From Candidatus Dojkabacteria bacterium (GTDB lineage: Bacteria; Patescibacteriota; Dojkabacteria; B142; OLB20), in the NCBI GenBank assembly GCA_035444565.1, contig DAOMOX010000001.1:194335-258334 (forward strand): a stretch of 64,000 nt of DNA, given 5' to 3'. Below the pieces are notes generated by a model. It was not told the origin of the DNA. It saw nothing but the letters and a program-made list of their open reading frames with translations, and did no database searches. Shown piece after piece: positions 9,652 to 17,800 of the stretch (its first letter is position 1; each line of letters begins with the position of its first letter). The position numbers and the translations under genes are program-made.

Positions 9652-10122
9652 TTAGAATCGAAATGCTTCAGTAACTAGGAAAGCGTTTTCAGCAAAGTCC
9701 ATTTCTATCATTACTATATTATCGTAGTAATTAGTGGTAAATGCCCTGGGTAATTCCTGGATTCTATAAAACAGTTCTCGCCCTACCCCACGTTTATAGG
9801 CAGCAAAGTTACTTTCAGTTATAACGAATAATGAATTCACGCAATCTTCTCCTATAATACCCTTTAATGGAGATACTGTCTCGGATGATATCGATTCGGG
9901 AAGTACATAATGCGTACTTACTGCAGGAACAACCAATCCCAACATTTGAATCCTATTGATTTCTGAATCTCCTTGACTAGTTGAAAATAGAAAACCCTTC
10001 CCAAAAAGTGTTCTGATTATTTTCGAAAAACCCTCTGTTTTCGTCATATCTGGTAAAAATGCTGTTGGATCTTCATAAGTTGTATATCCTAGACCTTTCA
10101 AAATAGAAACACCTGTAGACAT
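9652..10122 (-). CDS. hypothetical protein (156 aa)
   Basis: ORF with an upstream RBS-like sequence. No motif recognised. Confidence 0.4.
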   Translation of the reverse strand: MSTGVSILKGLGYTTYEDPTAFLPDMTKTEGFSKIIRTLFGKGFLFSTSQGDSEINRIQMLGLVVPAVSTHYVLPESISSETVSPLKGIIGEDCVNSLFVITESNFAAYKRGVGRELFYRIQELPRAFTTNYYDNIVMIEMDFAENAFLVTEAFRF

Positions 10123-10407
10123 GGTAGAATTAATTAGACCCTCTTCTGGGTGGTGGATTTCAATTCCTCAACGACTTTTCAAACTATATAGAGTTTTAAA
10201 TCTAGAACTTAATTGCTTCTCATCTATCGGAAGATTAACAATATCTTCCACCAATTCGGAAAAAGCTCCAACGAGATACGGATGATCTTTTGAATCTAAT
10301 ATTCCTTCTAGCATTAATGTAACTTAAAGAACGAATTATACCACACAGACAAGTGTTCTCGAGCATAGGACGTTATGTGTTAAAATTAAATATACCCCAA
10401 TTTAACA

Positions 10408-11649
10408 ATGAAAAAATATTTAATATTTTTCCTTCTATTAATCTTAATGCTCATAATCATTGGGGTCGTATTTCTCAAAAATAACACCTCTTTCCTGAAT
10501 TTCAATATTTCCGAAGATGAAATTTCACAAAATAATCTCAATCCTACATCACCTGAAGCTGAAGAACGTGATTTGGTTAATTTAATCTCTAAACAATTAA
10601 TAGTACCCGAGTTATATCAAAGTGGTGCATTTAGCGAACCAAGGACACTAAATCTACCAGAGGGTTATGAAATAAGTGTCTACGCAGGTGGCATGAGAGC
10701 ACCTAGGTTTTTTGACTTTGATGATGATGGAAACATTTATGTCGCTGATAAAGGTTCCGGTGAAGTTTTGTTGCTAAAAGACGAAGATGGTGACAATGTA
10801 GCCGAAACCAAGATTACAGTTTTATCAGACTTAAGATCAGTTCATAGTGTTGATTATTACAATGGCAACCTTTATGTAGCAGAAGAACATCAAATCACTC
10901 GATTGAAAGGCATAAAATCTGATGGGACTTTCGATGAGTTCGTCATTTTGGTTAATGACCTTCCTGCCGACGGTGGCCACACAACAAGGACAGTAGTGAT
11001 AGGACCTGACGAGAAAATCTACGTATCTGTCGGATCTAGCTGTAACCTTTGCGAGGAAGAAGACGAACGGAGAGCTGCAATAGTGAGATACAATCTTGAT
11101 GGATCTGGTGAGGAGTTATACGCAGAAGGACTTCGTAACTCAGTAGGGATTGAATTTAATAATTTTGATTTGTGGTCGGTAGACAATGGTAGGGATAGAA
11201 TTGGTGACAATCTCCCACCTGAGGAGGTCAATATTGTCGAGCAAGGGAAACACTATGGATGGCCTTTCTGTTATGGGATGGGAATACCGAACCCAGAATA
11301 TCCAGACAGAACTGACTATTGTAGAAATGAGACTGCATTCCCAACATACGAAATGCAAGCACACTCTGCTCCACTAGGATTAACTTTCGCTCCAGACACC
11401 AGAGACCTAGCAGACAACCTGATAGTTGCATTCCACGGTTCATGGAATAGAACTATTCCTACAGGTTATAAGGTTGTAAGGATTGATACAACAAGTGAGA
11501 GTTCAGAAACTGTAAACTTCATCACTGGATGGCTGGATGAGAATGGCGACATTTGGGGAAGACCCGTGGGAGTGAAGTTCAACGAACAAGGAGAGTTGTT
11601 TATCACGGATGACGAAGCTGGAGCAATTTATATAATGAAGAAATTATAA
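10408..11649 (+). CDS. membrane-anchored PQQ-dependent soluble aldose/sorbosone dehydrogenase family protein (beta-propeller)
   Basis: N-terminal TM. Motifs include GMRAPRFFDFDDDGNIYVADKGSGEV, a His-containing loop (DGGHTTRT), GKHYGWPFCYG (the G-W-P motif of YliI/sGDH-like enzymes) and C-terminal GELFITDDEAGAIY. Confidence 0.7.
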   Translation: MKKYLIFFLLLILMLIIIGVVFLKNNTSFLNFNISEDEISQNNLNPTSPEAEERDLVNLISKQLIVPELYQSGAFSEPRTLNLPEGYEISVYAGGMRAPRFFDFDDDGNIYVADKGSGEVLLLKDEDGDNVAETKITVLSDLRSVHSVDYYNGNLYVAEEHQITRLKGIKSDGTFDEFVILVNDLPADGGHTTRTVVIGPDEKIYVSVGSSCNLCEEEDERRAAIVRYNLDGSGEELYAEGLRNSVGIEFNNFDLWSVDNGRDRIGDNLPPEEVNIVEQGKHYGWPFCYGMGIPNPEYPDRTDYCRNETAFPTYEMQAHSAPLGLTFAPDTRDLADNLIVAFHGSWNRTIPTGYKVVRIDTTSESSETVNFITGWLDENGDIWGRPVGVKFNEQGELFITDDEAGAIYIMKKL

Positions 11650-11682
11650 CGTTACATTTCCCACCCTCTGTCACTCCGTGGC

Positions 11683-11705
11683 TTGACCACGGAGTCTCGT
11701 TTATT
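11683..11705 (+). terminator. hairpin ACTCCGTGG-cttga-CCACGGAGT followed by T-rich tract; terminator of the dehydrogenase gene
   Basis: Perfect 9-bp stem read from the sequence. Confidence 0.6.
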
Positions 11706-11746
11706 GTCTAATTTGCACGAAAGTAAAAATCGGGATCCCGTGGTTA

Positions 11747-11767
11747 AACCACGGGAAGACTTGAGAA
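11747..11767 (-). terminator. hairpin TCCCGTGG-ttaaa-CCACGGGA with a T-run on the minus strand; terminator for the minus-strand GT2/GT-C operon
   Basis: 8-bp stem. On the minus strand it is followed by ATCCCGATTTTTACTTT. Confidence 0.5.
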
Positions 11768-11853
11768 AATCATACTAATAGCTGACTCTCTTTGATATGC
11801 GTGTTCCAAGGAATATCTTAAATTTTTTATTCTTTTATTTTTAATCGTTAACT

Positions 11854-12609
11854 CTATACATACTCCCCTCGCATTTCTCGCCAAACCACCGACAAAATCT
11901 GCTTCAGCATATCACCAGATTCGCGGAAGAATTTGCGATCTTTTGTACCAGATATATCTTCGTCGTTCCATTTCACTCGAACTTCTTTTATTTTTCCCCC
12001 TTTTTTCTGTATTAAATACAATAATTCGACATCAAATGCAGAAACCGACCAACCCTTTACGTTTTTCACCTTCAAAGCATTTAATTTAGGGAATGTCTCA
12101 CTCAATAAATCTGCTCTGAAAAGTTTGAACCCGCATTGCGTGTCATCAATTTGTCTCAAAAGGAAAAGCTTTCTGAAGCTGCTAAACATAAATCCAGCGA
12201 CTTTGCGGATAACTGTTGCAGAGTTGCGTTTACTGCCTCTAGAACCTATTACAGCTTGATTTTCGGCAATATATGGCATGAGTCTATCCAACTCACTCAA
12301 TGGAGTCGATTGATCCATATCAGTAAACAAAATATATTCACCAAAGGATTCTTGAATCCCACGATTTATAGCTACTGGCTTTCCTCCATGCTCTGCCTCA
12401 ACAATTTTAAGGAATTTTTTATCAGCGTAATTTTTTTTCAAATATTTCAAACTCCCGTCTGTTGAACCATCATCTACTATCAAAACTTCATAAGTAAAAT
12501 CCTGCTTTGATAGATACTTAAAAGCTTTGTGTAATAGACCTTTCTTCAGATTTGAAAGTTCGTTATATTGAGGAATTATTATTGATAAAAAGATTTTATC
12601 CTTTTTCAT
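11854..12609 (-). CDS. GT2 polyprenol-phosphate sugar synthase (Dpm1/GtrB/ArnC-like)
   Basis: SIIIPQYNE...VLIVDDGSTDGS...FTDMDQS (DxD)...CGFKLFR are classic Dpm1-type GT2 motifs. It overlaps the upstream GT-C gene by 14 nt. Confidence 0.8.
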   Translation of the reverse strand: MKKDKIFLSIIIPQYNELSNLKKGLLHKAFKYLSKQDFTYEVLIVDDGSTDGSLKYLKKNYADKKFLKIVEAEHGGKPVAINRGIQESFGEYILFTDMDQSTPLSELDRLMPYIAENQAVIGSRGSKRNSATVIRKVAGFMFSSFRKLFLLRQIDDTQCGFKLFRADLLSETFPKLNALKVKNVKGWSVSAFDVELLYLIQKKGGKIKEVRVKWNDEDISGTKDRKFFRESGDMLKQILSVVWREMRGEYV

Positions 12610-14068
12610 TATTTATATAGATGCTGTAATTGTGTACTTTTTCTGAGAAAGAAAAATTATCTGCACTCTCGAAGAATTTAATCAAAGTTTGATCGGATTC
12701 TTCATCGATAATCAGAACGAGAGCTTCATCACGTAACTCAACTGCTTCTTGCATTTTATCATCTGAGTATACGAGATGGTACCACACCAAATATTTATTG
12801 GTGAAATTACCATTTAATTGCGTAAAAATCCACGGATCGTCACCATAGTAATAATAATCAACGCCTTCATAATTGTTTTCAAAGTGTTCAATCAAATCTT
12901 TTCTTGTTTGGAAAGAGTCATGTTCTTTCCAAAACCAGCTATGACCATCACGCTTACCAAAGAACAAATATTGTGGAAAATCTGAGTAATATCTGATATG
13001 TCCATCAAAGCGTTCTTTATCAATTACAGGAAAGTTAAAGCCTTTGCTAAAGAGAAAAGTTACCAATACTAGAAAACCTAGTATTAATTCAAACAAGTGT
13101 AGTTTAGATGTGGGTTTAGTTTGTAGGTAAATTGCAAGAGACAGAAGTGATATTGGTAATAATTGAATCAGATAATGCATGTAAGGTCTTCCTGAGAGAG
13201 TTACCAACGTGATATCAACTACCAAAGTTAGAAATATTACAAAAACATTTCGACTTACCTGGTTTTTGTATAACTTAACTAAAGCATAATAAAATATCAG
13301 AGCAGACCCTGCGATTTTTATATAGTTCCAATAATTGGCATCTTCTTCCAATTCAATATACCTAAAGTTTGTCAGAAAAGTTGCATCGATAAAGTCATCA
13401 AAAGTCTTATTTAGAACCAAATATGCAAAGTATAGTCCGATTACGAAAAAATAAGTTGAAAGTACTTTTATGTAATATTGATAGTTAAATTTTTTCCTTT
13501 TCTTCCATAGGTCGAATATCGCAACGAGTGCAATTATCGCCACGGACTCGATAAAGGCTTGTGGTTTAATTAAAAAGGCATACGACAAAAGTATTCCAAC
13601 CAGAAAAGGTCTATGGCTAAAGAGAGACAGATACAAGATGGAAAGTGTTGCTGGAATATAAAATACCTCACTGTTAGCTAAATTTCCCTCTAACAAGGGA
13701 GTACCAAGGATGATGGCGAAAATTACCAAAATAAAGCTTTTTAACTTTGACTTTATGCCCAACCTAAGCATCAACTTGTGTAAAATCAAGATTGAGAAAA
13801 CGCCTGCAGAGATATTCATCAATTTTACGAGTACATAGCCCACATCCCAATCGAAAACACCCGCTAATGTGTATATCCAAACCATCATCGGAGGTTTGTG
13901 ATCCCATGCTCCCACATACAACTCTTTTCCCTGAAGAATTGCTTCTGCCTGTGCGGCATAAAACCCTTCATCTGGATACCAATATCCTTCGAATAGACTG
14001 GGTATTCGTAAAATTATGAATATAAATACCGCGATTAGGATAATTTTGTTATTTCTGGTGAGAATCAT
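12596..14068 (-). CDS. GT-C fold membrane glycosyltransferase (PMT/ArnT, GT39/GT83-like)
   Basis: 490 aa with more than 10 TM. The first loop, FEGYWYPDEGFYAAQAEAILQGKELY, carries a DE motif in a PMT/ArnT-like position. It is operonic with the Dpm1-like GT2. Confidence 0.6.
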   Translation of the reverse strand: MILTRNNKIILIAVFIFIILRIPSLFEGYWYPDEGFYAAQAEAILQGKELYVGAWDHKPPMMVWIYTLAGVFDWDVGYVLVKLMNISAGVFSILILHKLMLRLGIKSKLKSFILVIFAIILGTPLLEGNLANSEVFYIPATLSILYLSLFSHRPFLVGILLSYAFLIKPQAFIESVAIIALVAIFDLWKKRKKFNYQYYIKVLSTYFFVIGLYFAYLVLNKTFDDFIDATFLTNFRYIELEEDANYWNYIKIAGSALIFYYALVKLYKNQVSRNVFVIFLTLVVDITLVTLSGRPYMHYLIQLLPISLLSLAIYLQTKPTSKLHLFELILGFLVLVTFLFSKGFNFPVIDKERFDGHIRYYSDFPQYLFFGKRDGHSWFWKEHDSFQTRKDLIEHFENNYEGVDYYYYGDDPWIFTQLNGNFTNKYLVWYHLVYSDDKMQEAVELRDEALVLIIDEESDQTLIKFFESADNFSFSEKVHNYSIYINNEKG

Positions 14069-14123
14069 TTAAATATATTAGTCTATAATCGACAAGGTGT
14101 ACAAGTAGGTATCCAAAGAAAAA

Positions 14124-14140
14124 GGAGCCTTATAGGCTCC
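14124..14140 (-). terminator. hairpin GGAGCC-ttata-GGCTCC with flanking T-runs on both strands
   Basis: aaaaaggagccttataggctccttttatc; it separates the NNGY gene from the GT-C gene. Confidence 0.6.
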
Positions 14141-14163
14141 TTTTATCAAAGTTATTTGAATTT

Positions 14164-14682
14164 TTATTTTCTCTTCATAAACCCTAAGTCCTTGTTTAAA
14201 ACAAACACAGAACTAAGTAAAACTGAACCCAAACCAAGTGTACTGTACATGTTTATACCTGTATCTGCTAAGACTCTTTGTTCTACAACAGGGGCTGCTG
14301 CAGACAATACTCTAGCAGTAGGTTCTACTGTAGGCTCCACAGGAGTCGATGTAGGAACAACTTCAGTAGGTGTTGGTTCTGGAAGGTCAGTGGGTGTTGG
14401 TGTTGTAGTTGGAGTAGGTGTTGGATCTTCATCACAGACTGGAGCAACATAACCATTGTTGTAACCGTTATTATAGCCATTATTATAATCGTTGTTATAA
14501 CCATTGTTGTAGCCGTTGTTATAGCCATTGTTATAACCGTTGTTATATCCATCATCACGGTGATGTGCGTAAACTACAGCACTATCGGAGAAGATTGACA
14601 CTCCGGATAAGAAACTAAATGTGGCAGTTAAAAAGAGTGTACTTAACATTAAGCTACTCTTTACTTTATTGAAGTTAATCAT
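14164..14682 (-). CDS. secreted surface protein with an (NNGY)n repeat, Thr/Pro-rich linker and C-terminal LADTG sortase-type sorting signal
   Basis: Signal peptide (MINFNKVKSSLMLSTLFLTATFSFLSGVSIFSDSAVVYA). GYNN repeated 9 times (one unit DYNN). TPTPTTTPTPTDLPEPTPTEVVPTSTPVEPTVEPT linker. C-terminal LADTG plus hydrophobic segment plus KDLGFMKRK. Confidence 0.7.
   Translation of the reverse strand: MINFNKVKSSLMLSTLFLTATFSFLSGVSIFSDSAVVYAHHRDDGYNNGYNNGYNNGYNNGYNNDYNNGYNNGYNNGYVAPVCDEDPTPTPTTTPTPTDLPEPTPTEVVPTSTPVEPTVEPTARVLSAAAPVVEQRVLADTGINMYSTLGLGSVLLSSVFVLNKDLGFMKRK
14449..14550. repeat. in-frame 12-nt tandem repeat (about 8.5 copies) encoding the (NNGY)n tract
   Basis: The plus strand reads aaccattgttgta/aaccgttattata/gccattattata/atcgttgttata/aaccattgttgta/gccgttgttata/gccattgttata/aaccgttgttata. 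Confidence 0.85.
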
Positions 14683-14783
14683 TGAAAATAAATAAATGGG
14701 TTAAATTGGCCCGATTATATTACTTTCAAAGGCTTTTGTAAAGCAAAGTACAGAAAATTTAATTATTTTTAGCTAAAAAGAAA

Positions 14784-14808
14784 ACCTCCGGCATAAAATA
14801 CCGGAGGT
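14784..14808 (-). terminator. hairpin ACCTCCGG-cataaaata-CCGGAGGT with a T-run on the minus strand; terminator of the giant adhesin gene
   Basis: Read directly from the sequence. It sits 20 nt downstream of the adhesin stop. Confidence 0.7.
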
Positions 14809-14828
14809 TTAGTTCTTATAATTGCTTA

Positions 14829-17800
14829 CTAGTAGATATTTCTGCGAAATTTATTTTTGTTCAGAATAAATATTGCTGAAATCAGTGATGTACCTAGAAT
14901 AAGTGCTGTTGACATATTTCTCCCTGTATCAGAAAGACTATTACTTGCACCAAGTACTTTTCCGAGTGCACTCGTAGCCATGCCTCTGATATTTCCTGTA
15001 GATTCTTCATCATCAGTTATATTTGCACCAGCCACTTGTGCTCGATTCAAACTAACAGAATCAATGTTATCCTCAGGTGTTGGGTCATCTTCACAGAACT
15101 CAATTACTGGTTCTGGAACCTCAACAATTGAAGGTACAAGAGTTGTAGTAAATTCGTTTACTAACTGACAAGATCTTAAGGCACGAACCTCATTAATTAT
15201 TGAAGTTGCAGTGGAATCCGCAGGTACTAATAATCGAATCTGTGCAGTCCACTCTTCATTAACATCAAGGCTTTCTTTTGTCCATGTAACACGATTGTTT
15301 GCAGGTGTATATTGTCCATTTGGAGAGGAATCATAATATTGCATTCCTGCTGGTAGATTATCCCAAATTTCCACACCATGAGCTGTTTCAGTTCCTTTGT
15401 TTGCAACTCTGATGTTATAGGTAACGAGTTGGCCTGGTGTAAATGTTTCGTTTGTGGTGGTTTTCTCCGCTAATATATCTCCAATAACATTGTTACCGAA
15501 GTTCATATCTTCAAAAACATCACCAGAGCTGTCAATTATAAATGTGTGGTAACCTGGGTCAACAGGATATGTTTGTTCCCATGAACCGTTTGTAACGGCT
15601 TGGTTTACTTCAGTTAGGAAGTATGTGCCAGGCATTAGATTATTGAAAGAATACTCGCCTTCTGTATCAGTCTCCTCTGTATCGACAACTGTTCCGTCAT
15701 ATGTGTCCATTCTTAATTCAACTGTCCATCCCTCCATTTTAGGCTCACCATAGGTCTTTATTCCATCACCATTGTCATCATCCCATTTGTATCCACTCAC
15801 CTGTCCAAGTTCGAAATTTCCAAAATTGAAGTTACTCAAAACCTGACCTGATGTTTCAATCTCAATGTAATGACATTCTGTATCATAATCATCTGAGAAC
15901 GCTACACTTATCTCATTTTGTTTTGATGGATATGTTTGCATCCAACCATCTTGCATTTCCTCACAAAGTTTATATTCTCCTGGAAGCAACCCATCAAACT
16001 CAAAAGCTCCTTTTTCATCTGTCATTTTGTAAGATAATGAATTCATTACTTTATAACCATTTTCTTCATCATCTTCTAGAATCTCTAAAGTTACTTTCCA
16101 ACCTGAGAGTAATGAGTCTTTGTCTTCATCTGCCAACCCATTAGCATTCATATCATCCCACTTATATCCTTGTACTCTTCCAAGTTCAAAGTTTCCAAAG
16201 TTATTACCATGTAATTCTGTACCAACTTGAATAACTAATGGTCCCTGAACTTCATCTCCAGCGGTCTGGGTCCAGCCATCTTTTTGATTCTCATTTAACC
16301 AATAAATACCTGGTAGTAAATTATCAAATTTGTAATAACCGTTTTCATCAGTAGTTTTTGTTTGTATTTTTGAAATTGGGTCTTCTTCGTCACCAGTCCA
16401 TAGATTAATCTCCCAACCTTCTAGTCTGGCGTCTTGTCTGGTCAAAGTTCCATCTCCATTTGTATCTTCAAGTTTATAACCATCAATCAAACCCATTCTT
16501 GTATTTCCAAACTCACAAGTTTCTATACTGCCATTTTCTACTGTCAAATGACAATAACTTGGGCTAGGAGCTGTCTGAATCCATCCAGGTTGATTAATTT
16601 CTACTACTTGGTATTCTCCATTTTCTATCTCTTGTGAATATTCACCATCTTCGTCAGTCTCAACTCTATAATTGGATACATCATATACTCGGACTTCTAA
16701 AGTCCCAGCATTGTCGTTGTACCATGAAGGTGGGTTTGGATCATTATCTTCATCAAATATTCTTAGGTTCGCAACTGCATCATTTCCTTTTATAACAGTC
16801 TTGTATAAATGTGCAGAGTTTGATGAACCCCATTCAATGTTTTGATTATCAATCACAACATCAAGTGTCCTCACATCTCTGCCAGGGTTATCTGCAAAGT
16901 CTGCAGAATTTGACCAGTTGTCAGTTGAATAATATTCTGCATCAGCGAGTTTCGTAACCCCTGAGTAACTGTATGTTCCCTCTACCTCTACCAGGTAATA
17001 CTTCGAGCTTGATAAAACCCCAGTATTTACACCAGTTGGACTATTTGCAGGTAAATCAAGATCATAAATTGGTTCTAGGGTTTCAGGTTTGAGGACAATT
17101 TGCCAATTTGGAATTCCCATTTCTTCATCATCTCTCTCTCCGTTTGCATTTGCATCTTCGAATTTCATACCTTCAATTGCTCCCATTTTTACTGCGTTAA
17201 ATGCAACACAGTAATATGTGTTGTCTTCTTGATACCCACTCAACCATTCCCAGTTGTCGTAATTAGTGGTATCACCAGTACAGTAGAATTCTGCGCTGAC
17301 ATTACCATCGTTTGAGAAAGGAACATAACTTTCATCTGGGAATACTTCTCTAAGCTCTACTCTTCCTCCGACACTTTCTAATTCTGGTAACTCAACTTCA
17401 ACACCTGAACTAAATGTTGTCCATGGATCTCCCATCTCAGTTGTATTTTCCTGAAAGTCTCCAAAACTTCCACTTCCTGCTGGTCCCCATTGGAAATCCC
17501 AGTCTTCTTCAATCTTACACTGACCTCCACTTTGAGCAACCCACTCAGCAGCTGTGTCTGCGTCTATAGGACCTTGTTGATTATTTGGTAAGTATTGTTC
17601 CTCACTACATACAACTTTGGTTGCAAGTAGTTTTGCTGGCTCGCTAACTGGTCTATTTACTAATGTAAATGTTTCAGTTTCATTTTCAACTACTACCTCA
17701 GAAGCTTGACCACTGACATTTTCCCAATCTTTCATTAAGATTTCATTTGTCATGTAGTCTCCATAAGGAACATCTTCAAAAGTTACACAACCATTTTGTT

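Noticed and set aside
10166-10313. 48-aa minus-strand mini-ORF (MLEGILDSKDHPYLVGAFSELVEDIVNLPIDEKQLSSRFKTLYSLKSR) immediately upstream of 9652-10122
   Set aside because: It is too short and has no homology to evaluate. It could be real (translationally coupled leader peptide) but is unsupported.
14449-14550. Possible CRISPR array (regular short repeats)
   Set aside because: The units are contiguous 12-nt coding repeats with no spacers and sit inside an ORF. This is not CRISPR architecture.
14156-14618. Several overlapping ORFs on both strands across the NNGY repeat (14156-14452 +, 14278-14598 +, 14325-14558 -, 14418-14618 +)
   Set aside because: These are artefacts of the 12-nt tandem repeat being open in multiple frames. 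Only the 14164-14682 minus frame has a signal peptide, sorting signal and flanking terminators.
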